From contig JAZDMS010000003.1 in assembly GCA_043800705.1 (NCBI GenBank), positions 1 through 64,000 on the forward strand: a stretch of 64,000 bases of DNA, read 5' to 3'. A program made the position numbers and the translations under genes. Below, piece after piece: positions 47,973-55,337 of this stretch (positions are counted from its first letter, which is position 1; each line of letters opens with the position of its first letter). The notes beneath the pieces are model-generated. The model had not been told where the DNA came from. It did no database searches and worked only from the letters and a program-made list of their open reading frames with translations. Origin of the DNA: Candidatus Altiarchaeota archaeon. GTDB lineage: Archaea > Altiarchaeota > Altiarchaeia > IMC4 > SCGC-AAA252-I15.

Positions 47973-49325
47973 CTATCTATTGTGCTGCTGCCTCTTGATG
48001 TCATATGCATCGCGGAGCATTTTTTGAAGTATTAAATACTCGATTCGCCCTGATGGATATGCTCTCTGCTGTTTGAGCATTCCGTCTATTACCGCCTGCT
48101 TTTCCGTCTTGGTGGTATCAGTCCATTCCCTATGAAGGGGGTGCTTGAAGAACCTCGGCCACTCATCAGACATGTAAAAGCCGAGCACTTGTCCTTCGTG
48201 AAAAATCCTGAACAATCCCTTATAGACGTCGAAAACCATCGGCTTCTCGCGCTCCACCAGTATCGCCTCATCGGCGGACCTGATCAGGGCTGCAAGGTCC
48301 GAAACCGCCGCTCCGCCCCCGGTCTTCTGAGCCTCAGCCATCCGCCACCTGGTGTGCTCCATCTCCCCCAGGTCCGCAGGATTACAAACCCCCTTAGATT
48401 TCACGTAGAATCCCGGCTTCACATCTACCGCTCCATTCTTCAAGTACATGTAACCGGTTTCAGACTCCCCATCAATTTTAACGAAAACACCCCCCCTGAA
48501 ATTGCTGGTGTCGGGGTATTCCGCCTCCTTTCCATCATGTCCCTCAGCCCAATAGACAAGAGATTCTATTGGGCCTCCGTATGGGATCTTAATATTAGCC
48601 GCCATCTGCTTCATGGTTTCTACGGCAGCTCTTTCCTCCTCGTCTGTCGGGCCTCTCCACTTGGGGAAAATCCCGCCGGTGGATATTTTTATCTCCGTCT
48701 TGGGGGTCGTATGAACGTCTTTTTTGAATGTTACCCTGTATCTTACCCCATTTTTCGGTGTTGGCAACATCAACGCTCCTGTTTCATGTTCGTAGGTCTG
48801 TTCCTCAGCGGGCGCCGAACCCAGGGGCCTTCGAAGCAGTGCCACAACCCGCTTCCAGTCACGTCTTTTAGCAGCCGTCCTCTTTTTCCCGTCATCCACT
48901 TCGATGGCTTCTATTATGTCCTGCAGTGCCATAGAGGATGTGTTCAATGTGGCGGACGCCTTTTGGCCGCCAGGCAACTTGAATGCGAGGCGCTTTTTTT
49001 CATGGTCATAGTCGATTCCCAGCTCACGGTATATATCCGTTCTTGTAGTCGCGATCCGACTCATCAATTTGGGCAATCTATCGGAGGGCATATCCCCCCA
49101 AAGGATACCTTCACGCTCGACGACTAGGCCTTTATGCTTATCCTCCAGTTTCCGCACTGCGAAATAGTCTATCTCCCTTTTCATCGCCTTCCATTCTCTA
49201 TCTCGGCATATCCTAATAAATAGCCTACCATCCGGCCTCAGGGTCGGCATCTTCCGGATGGGAAGAGGGCGCAGTCTACTGCCAGCGAGCGACAAACGGC
49301 CCTTGAGGCTTTTATCAGGGGGCAT
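47973..49325 (-). CDS. hypothetical protein
   Basis: 450-aa ORF with no recognised motif; start uncertain. Confidence 0.65.
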   Translation of the reverse strand: MPPDKSLKGRLSLAGSRLRPLPIRKMPTLRPDGRLFIRICRDREWKAMKREIDYFAVRKLEDKHKGLVVEREGILWGDMPSDRLPKLMSRIATTRTDIYRELGIDYDHEKKRLAFKLPGGQKASATLNTSSMALQDIIEAIEVDDGKKRTAAKRRDWKRVVALLRRPLGSAPAEEQTYEHETGALMLPTPKNGVRYRVTFKKDVHTTPKTEIKISTGGIFPKWRGPTDEEERAAVETMKQMAANIKIPYGGPIESLVYWAEGHDGKEAEYPDTSNFRGGVFVKIDGESETGYMYLKNGAVDVKPGFYVKSKGVCNPADLGEMEHTRWRMAEAQKTGGGAAVSDLAALIRSADEAILVEREKPMVFDVYKGLFRIFHEGQVLGFYMSDEWPRFFKHPLHREWTDTTKTEKQAVIDGMLKQQRAYPSGRIEYLILQKMLRDAYDIKRQQHNR

Positions 49326-49340
49326 AGTATATCATAAACT

Positions 49341-50204
49341 ATGGACTACGAAATCCCCCTCCTAGCTGCGGTAGACCGCGGCTCAGGGTGGATGAGCTTC
49401 AGGTTCGGCATCCCGGAAGGCTACTCGTTCAAGGCGGGGCAGTTCGCGATGTGGCGCCTCGGGGAGGGGCTCATGAAGCCGTTCACGATCAGCAATTCCC
49501 CGACCGAGGGGGGATTCCTGGAGTTCACGACGAAGATGTCCGGCTCGGACTACAAGAAAAGGCTCTCGGCCCTCAGGCCGGGCGACAAGGTCAGGCTGTC
49601 GCAGCCTTTGGGCAAGTTCACGTACCTCGGCCAGAAGAAGATGGCGTTCCTGGCGGGCGGCGTCGGCATCACCCCCTTCCGGAGCATCATCAGATACCTG
49701 TCCGACACAGGGGCCGACTGTGACGTGATCCTCGTCTGGGGGGTCAGGTCGATGGATGAGGCGGTGTTCAGGGACGAATTCGAAAGTCTACAGTCCTCAG
49801 TCTACAGTCCTCAGTCTACGGTTTTCAGTCCTCAGTCCTCAGTCTTGATGAAGACGGAAGACCGAAGACGGAAGACCGAGGACGGGAGACCGAAGACGGA
49901 AGACCGGGGGCCGGAGACCGCAGACCGCAGACCGCAGACCGGGGACAGGGGGCCGGGGACTGAAGACTTCCAAAATGGCCGAAGACTGAAGACCGTATAC
50001 GTTCCGACTAATCCGCCAGCGGGATGGGCCGGCAGGAGCGGGTTCATCGATGTGGCATGCATCGCCGAAGAGGTCCCGGATTACGCCGGCCGCGTCTTCT
50101 ACGTGTGCGGGCCGCCGAAGATGGTGGAGGCCATGACGAAGGTCCTCTCGGAGCTGGGGATAACGGGCGAAAGGCTGGTCGTCGAACAGTTCAGCGGATA
50201 TTGA
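49341..50204 (+). CDS. ferredoxin-NADP reductase-like FAD/NAD-binding oxidoreductase with an in-frame repeat insertion
   Basis: FKAGQF, PFTISNSP, LAGGVGITPF, YVCGPPKMV, EQFSGY. Confidence 0.92.
   Translation: MDYEIPLLAAVDRGSGWMSFRFGIPEGYSFKAGQFAMWRLGEGLMKPFTISNSPTEGGFLEFTTKMSGSDYKKRLSALRPGDKVRLSQPLGKFTYLGQKKMAFLAGGVGITPFRSIIRYLSDTGADCDVILVWGVRSMDEAVFRDEFESLQSSVYSPQSTVFSPQSSVLMKTEDRRRKTEDGRPKTEDRGPETADRRPQTGDRGPGTEDFQNGRRLKTVYVPTNPPAGWAGRSGFIDVACIAEEVPDYAGRVFYVCGPPKMVEAMTKVLSELGITGERLVVEQFSGY
49785..49995. repeat. heptamer-built palindromic element inserted in frame in the oxidoreductase
   Basis: AGTCYWC run, TTGAT centre, then a GAAGACS/GCAGACC run. Confidence 0.92.
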
Positions 50205-50238
50205 GAGGCTATTAATCACCTTTCATTAAATAATTAGG

Positions 50239-50745
50239 ATGGAATCCAAACCCGTAGTGATCTCTGGGGACGAGGTGACCCACCTGACGAAGGGGCTGGC
50301 GCACCTTCGGCAAAAGCGCACCGATGATGCTATTACGGAGTTCAAGCGCATCATCGAACTTAATCCGAAAAACTTCCAGGCGCACTTCCTCCTCGGAAAC
50401 GCACACCTCTACAAGGGGGAGATGGAAAAGGCCCTGTCGGAATACGGGAAGACCGTCGAATTGGACAAAAAACACGTCGAAGCCCTGCACAACATCGGCG
50501 TCATACTGCTCGATCGCGGAAAAAAGGACGACGCCAAGGCGAAGTTCAACGAAGTCCTCAAGCTCAACCCGAAGCACGTCGAGGCATACAGCAACATCGG
50601 CCTCATCCTCTGCAACGAAGGAGACTATGCCGAAGGGGTCAAGAACTTCGAGAAGGCCTTGAAGATAGACCCCGATAGGCCGATAATACGGTCGAATCTG
50701 GAGATCGCGAAAAAGGGCAAAGCCAAGGCGAATAAGAAAAAGTAG
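50239..50745 (+). CDS. tetratricopeptide repeat protein
   Basis: About four TPRs (A...LG......G....A...Y..A..LDP). Confidence 0.92.
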   Translation: MESKPVVISGDEVTHLTKGLAHLRQKRTDDAITEFKRIIELNPKNFQAHFLLGNAHLYKGEMEKALSEYGKTVELDKKHVEALHNIGVILLDRGKKDDAKAKFNEVLKLNPKHVEAYSNIGLILCNEGDYAEGVKNFEKALKIDPDRPIIRSNLEIAKKGKAKANKKK

Positions 50746-50750
50746 GGGTG

Positions 50751-51971
50751 TTAGGTCCTCAGATCGTAATATGTCGCCTTCTTCACTTCGACCTCACTGC
50801 ATTCTCCAATCTTTCCGCCTTTAACTATTATCGGCTTGTACCACTCGTTCCTCCCCGTGAAGGTGCCGTCGGTGTTCTTCTCCGAAAGAATGACTTCCCC
50901 CTCCCATCCGACCCATCTCTTGTTCCTCTCCAAGCCCGCCTTCTTGAAGGCCTCGCCGACGATCCTGCTTCGCCGCTTGACCTCCGCCCCCGGCAGCTGC
51001 TTCAGGTTTGCCGCCGACGTATCGGGGCGCGGCCAGTATCTCGTCGAGTTCAGCACGTCCGGTTTTATCTCTTCCAGCAGGTCTATGGTGTTCTGGAACG
51101 CCTCTTCCCCCTCGGTCGGGTAGCCGACGATAACGTCGGTAGAAAGCGTGGTGTTATGCTTCCTGAACGCCTCCACCACCTCCTTGAACTCGTCGACGGT
51201 GTATCTGCGGTTCATGTCCCTGAGGACTCTGTCGTCGCCGCTTTGGACCGGCAGGTGCAGGAACTTGTAGATTTTACGGTGTCCGTATGCCTCGACTATC
51301 TCATCTAACATACTCAGTGCGAGGTCGGGGTTCATCATGCCGACGCGGATCCTGAACTCGCCATCGACGTCGGTCAGGGAATCCAAGAGCTCAGGCAGGC
51401 TTGTCCCGGTGTCGGCGCCGTAGGCTCCGGTGTCCTGTGCGGTGACCCATATCTCTTTGACGCCGTCGCGGACCATGTCCTCGGCCTCCTTCTTCAGCTT
51501 CCTTTGCGGATACGACCTCAGCCTCCCCCTGGCGTTCTTCGTCTGGCAGAAGCTGCAGCCGCCGAGGCATCCTTCGGCGATAGGCAATATCCCGACGATG
51601 GGATTCAGCCTGTTTCGCGGAAGGCATGATTTGTCGCCTGATTCAGCGATGTTCACGTATCTGCCGCCCGATCCCGCCGCCTTCACGGCTTCGACGACGT
51701 CCTTCACGTTGACTCCGATGAAGCTGAACGCCGAGAACTCTTCCGCAACCTGCGGCCTTGCGGCAGGTATGCATCCTGCGACGACGACTTTCCGGTTTTC
51801 GGTTTCCAGTTTTCGGAGGAGTCTCAGGATCTTCGTCTCCGTCGGGGATTTCACGGTGCACGTATTGACCACGGTGACGTCCGCCAAGTCGAGGCCGGAT
51901 TCCACAAGAAGGCCCTTTATCATCTCGGATTCGGCCTGGGCTACGGCGCAGCCGAAGGTGATGACGTCCAT
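50751..51971 (-). CDS. mtaB: tRNA threonylcarbamoyladenosine methylthiotransferase (MiaB-like, archaeal type)
   Basis: UPF0004 domain (TFGC, NTCTVK, AGC), EGCLGGCSFC, QDTGAYG, RVGMMNP, HLPVQSG, TRAM-like end. Confidence 0.88.
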   Translation of the reverse strand: MDVITFGCAVAQAESEMIKGLLVESGLDLADVTVVNTCTVKSPTETKILRLLRKLETENRKVVVAGCIPAARPQVAEEFSAFSFIGVNVKDVVEAVKAAGSGGRYVNIAESGDKSCLPRNRLNPIVGILPIAEGCLGGCSFCQTKNARGRLRSYPQRKLKKEAEDMVRDGVKEIWVTAQDTGAYGADTGTSLPELLDSLTDVDGEFRIRVGMMNPDLALSMLDEIVEAYGHRKIYKFLHLPVQSGDDRVLRDMNRRYTVDEFKEVVEAFRKHNTTLSTDVIVGYPTEGEEAFQNTIDLLEEIKPDVLNSTRYWPRPDTSAANLKQLPGAEVKRRSRIVGEAFKKAGLERNKRWVGWEGEVILSEKNTDGTFTGRNEWYKPIIVKGGKIGECSEVEVKKATYYDLRT

Positions 51972-52033
51972 GGACTACCTTAGGGCATAGCGGATTAAAG
52001 GGATATTTATGCCGCCGATTCCCGAATCTAATC

Positions 52034-52756
52034 GTGTCGAACATAATCCAGCCTCCTCAGAATGGCGGAGGATACCGACGTGGGGAGTCGCCTGTAGACT
52101 CAATCTCCCCCGCCCAGGCAGGCGGCTCAGAAATCGTCGCATTCACCCTTTTCAAGACGTGCTACCGCCTCGGCTTCAGGTCTTCCTCAAAGGGGACTGA
52201 ATACTTCGCTGAACGCGATGAGGGGGGGAAATGGATGCCTCTGATGCCGGATCAGTTCAACACCCTCGAGAAGAACCTCACCGACGAGATGAAGATGATG
52301 GGGCGGGGTAGGGACTCAACTAGGCTTGAATTCGAAGGCCCATATGACATATTCCAGGCAAGATTGGAGGCCTTGTTGGGCAGGCATGCGAGGCACATAC
52401 AACAGGCACTCGGAGAGAGGCCTGAGGCGAAGGACATGCGTAACGTCGTTGGTCCGATGATGCGGGCGGGGCTGACTCGAGCCCTATCGAGTGCTGGGTT
52501 CGACATGGACACCTCAGGCATAATGGGTTCTATGGACGAGGCGGTGGCGAGGGAATGGCTAGGCGTCGCAGAGCGCCAGTATCCGACTGATACACAGATG
52601 TTCGGCGCCAGGGTGTGCGTCCTCACCGCGGTGCAGGATTATGCCACCTCCAAGCTGAATGACCAACAGAACCCCCCGACAATGCAGGACATCGCGGCAT
52701 GGCTAAAAGACACGAAAACCGCTGAAGAAACCCTCAAACGGCTAAACAGCAAATAA
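52034..52756 (+). CDS. hypothetical protein
   Basis: 240-aa ORF; start uncertain. Confidence 0.6.
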   Translation: MSNIIQPPQNGGGYRRGESPVDSISPAQAGGSEIVAFTLFKTCYRLGFRSSSKGTEYFAERDEGGKWMPLMPDQFNTLEKNLTDEMKMMGRGRDSTRLEFEGPYDIFQARLEALLGRHARHIQQALGERPEAKDMRNVVGPMMRAGLTRALSSAGFDMDTSGIMGSMDEAVAREWLGVAERQYPTDTQMFGARVCVLTAVQDYATSKLNDQQNPPTMQDIAAWLKDTKTAEETLKRLNSK

Positions 52757-52824
52757 TGGATGGTATTGGGTGTAATACTAGCTTCTAATCCCCCCTTTTT
52801 TATTCCCTTCTTTCGGGTTCATCC

Positions 52825-53244
52825 ATGATGAAATGGTTGGTCGCATTAATCATCCTGGCATCTGGCTGCCTGAGCCAGACAATTACAGAGAAATTCGTCT
52901 GCTCAGACGGCTGGGTCGCCGACTCCCCTGACGGGTGCGTCGGCCATACGCCGCCATGCCCAAACTGCACCTGCAAGGCTCCGGCCTGCCCGAAGTGCGA
53001 GTCAGTGGCGAAGATAGTCTATGTGAACGTATCTTCCCTCCCCTCTGCCGACGCTTCATGCGCATCCCTCGGCTGCCCGCCGGGGACGGAATACGTGTCG
53101 AGCAAGTCGAGCGGCAAATACCACGCCTGCGGCTGCCGCTTCGCGGAAGCCCTCTCAAAGAAGAACCTCATATGCTACCCAAGCGCGGAAGAGGCGCAAG
53201 CCGCCGGCAAACTGCCATGCGGCATATGCGCAGTATCGCTCTAA
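52825..53244 (+). CDS. lipoprotein with Cys-rich region and Ada-type metal-binding domain
   Basis: LASGC lipobox; YVSSKSSGKYH..GC...I.Y.S.EEA.AAG..PC.IC. Confidence 0.82.
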   Translation: MMKWLVALIILASGCLSQTITEKFVCSDGWVADSPDGCVGHTPPCPNCTCKAPACPKCESVAKIVYVNVSSLPSADASCASLGCPPGTEYVSSKSSGKYHACGCRFAEALSKKNLICYPSAEEAQAAGKLPCGICAVSL

Positions 53245-53260
53245 CACGGAGGTGAAACAC

Positions 53261-53446
53261 ATGGCAAAGGGAAAAATGCCGGACTATGTCGCGTCGACTG
53301 TAGTCAACGACAAGGAATCCGGCAAGGACAGATGGACCCAGATAGGCGTCGCATTCAAGAACCAGGACAGCATAACCGTCCTCGTCGACGCCGTACCGGT
53401 CAACGGGAAGGTAATCCTGAGGCAGCCGAAGAAGAAGGAGACGTGA
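53261..53446 (+). CDS. small conserved beta protein (W..IGVAF motif; DUF736-like)
   Basis: GGAGGTGA RBS; WTQIGVAFKN..SITVLVDAVPVNG. Confidence 0.7.
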   Translation: MAKGKMPDYVASTVVNDKESGKDRWTQIGVAFKNQDSITVLVDAVPVNGKVILRQPKKKET

Positions 53447-53447
53447 C

Positions 53448-53479
53448 GGCCGGCTGTAGACTGGCCGGCCTTTTTTTTT
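53448..53479 (+). terminator. hairpin plus T-tract terminator
   Basis: GGCCGGC-9nt-GCCGGCC followed by T9 immediately after the stop codon. Confidence 0.7.
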
Positions 53480-53514
53480 AACCGCATTGGGCGGTCCAGG
53501 GCCCATCGAGGCAA

Positions 53515-54216
53515 TCAATATGCGACACAACCGGTCATCTCCCCGTTTTCTGCCTTCCGGGTTACGCTGCCGGAAACATTCATCTCATAGGGTATCGCTA
53601 TCTGGAGCGTGTATGCATGGTCCGGTTCCAATCTTTGGCAGCCGGTTGCGTTTATCCAGAATTCCGCACCTTGCGGGGCATTCTCCCGCTCAACGATGTA
53701 ATCCGTGCAAGGGCTTTCCCCAGATATGGACAGCTCATCCGCGATTATCCTTATCCTGGCGCCCGCTCCGTTCGTGAAGATGCATGAAAAAGTGCCGTTC
53801 TGCGACAAAATAAGGTGCTGCAGCTGGGGTTTGATACGGACAAACCCCTGGTACCTCGCGCTTCCCCTGCACAAATGGCTTTCAGGCTCGATGACGAAAA
53901 AATACCCGAGGAGCGTGCACAGAATCGCCAAGGCTAAGAAGGTGCGCCAGCCGCCTTTCCCCCTGGCAGGTAGCGATGCCATAAGGGCCCAGATGAAGCC
54001 GTTGAATGCTGCCATGAAAAAAACCACAGTAAAGCCCCCGAAGATTATCATATCTGCCTCGTAAGGCAGTTTGGTGAGGATATGCCAGGTGAATATACCC
54101 CCCGAAAACAATAGATTCAGATCATACGGGTATCCCAGAATGCCGACTGCGACAATCGAAGACAGGAAACCGAACAAGAAGCCTAAAAAAATAACGGTAG
54201 TATGTTTTCCTTTCAT
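53515..54216 (-). CDS. hypothetical membrane protein with an extracellular beta domain
   Basis: N-terminal TM helices, then a beta-rich domain with Cys residues. Confidence 0.7.
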   Translation of the reverse strand: MKGKHTTVIFLGFLFGFLSSIVAVGILGYPYDLNLLFSGGIFTWHILTKLPYEADMIIFGGFTVVFFMAAFNGFIWALMASLPARGKGGWRTFLALAILCTLLGYFFVIEPESHLCRGSARYQGFVRIKPQLQHLILSQNGTFSCIFTNGAGARIRIIADELSISGESPCTDYIVERENAPQGAEFWINATGCQRLEPDHAYTLQIAIPYEMNVSGSVTRKAENGEMTGCVAY

Positions 54217-54254
54217 GTGCTTTTTATTTATTTAATCCCCCATAAAAGGAGGGC

Positions 54255-54440
54255 ATGGTCAGCACATTCGCGGCAAGGAAGTTGAAATTCGACCTAGTCG
54301 CAATGTGTGTGTTGGCGGTCATCGTTGGTGCGGCAACGCTGTTCAATGATACCAATGTAAACATTGCCTTTCCGTATTTAATCGTGGCATTTGTCGTCGT
54401 TATCCTTTTTCTGAGGATAAAGTACCTGTTCTTCAATTGA
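54255..54440 (+). CDS. small membrane protein
   Basis: AAGGAGG RBS, ATG, two TM helices. Confidence 0.5.
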   Translation: MVSTFAARKLKFDLVAMCVLAVIVGAATLFNDTNVNIAFPYLIVAFVVVILFLRIKYLFFN

Positions 54441-54699
54441 AACGTGATAGGCCATGTCCATCGCCGCCTGGGGGCAGTTCAGTTTTCCCATGCTCTTGGC
54501 ATCTCTGTTTTAAGGCGGTCTCTTATCCCTTATCATCCGGTGCTGTGCGCACCGAACCACCCCCTGCGGTGAGTCAAATATGGCCGCGGGGGATTCGTCC
54601 CCCCGGCCGTCCACCTTCAAGGTTCAGCTCCTAAATAGTTAAAGGCGGCTTGACGGCTAGTAGCGGATGATCCTGCGGTCTATCTTCTAGGGGATATCC

Positions 54700-55260
54700 T
54701 CACTTCGTCTCAGGGCTTTTTGGCAGAGGCAGGCCTTGCTGGTTTTCCCGGAGTTTTTGTTCGAAAATCCTCTGTGCCTTGGGTATGGCGGTGAATACCT
54801 TTATGTCCCGCCAGGTATCCAAGACTGCGGAGGCCATGGCCAAAAGGCGGTCGGAGCCGTCCTCTGTGACTTGCGCCTCCTCAAGCACCCTGTTCCAATA
54901 GCCTCCAAGGTCGTTTAAATCGGCTTTGGGGACCGGCTGAAGCGTATCTATTTTTCCGTTAAGAAAATCATGGGTTTCGGAGACGGCCTCTGTTATCTGG
55001 TTTTCGGTTGTGCTCTGAAGCGCGACCCTGTCGAAGAATCCCCTCCTGTGGATGTTGCCTTCGACTCTGCCGACGAGGCCTATCACGCTCTTTGGCATGG
55101 CAGCCCTCACCTCCCGGCCGGCCTGCTCGAGGGTTTCAGGGTAGTGTGCGCCTAAACAGACATGGATTTCTTTAAGGTTGTGTCCGCCTCCTTCAAACCT
55201 GATTTCCGGAATCGGAGGATACTGTGAGCCTCCTCGCTTGGCTGAAACGACTTGTTCCAT
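54700..55260 (-). CDS. hypothetical protein
   Basis: ORF; start set at MEQVVSAK to avoid overlap with the divergent gene. Confidence 0.6.
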   Translation of the reverse strand: MEQVVSAKRGGSQYPPIPEIRFEGGGHNLKEIHVCLGAHYPETLEQAGREVRAAMPKSVIGLVGRVEGNIHRRGFFDRVALQSTTENQITEAVSETHDFLNGKIDTLQPVPKADLNDLGGYWNRVLEEAQVTEDGSDRLLAMASAVLDTWRDIKVFTAIPKAQRIFEQKLRENQQGLPLPKSPETK

Positions 55261-55337
55261 GTTAAAATGAGGGCAGTCAGCTAATAAAAGCGAGTATACC
55301 CAAGTTTTAACCAACAATCCGGAAGAGGGGTCTACAT

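Noticed and set aside
54580-54650. tRNA gene on the minus strand (GGGGGATTCG resembles a reversed T-arm)
   Set aside because: Lacks the GGTTCGAA consensus, and no acceptor, D or anticodon stems could be built.
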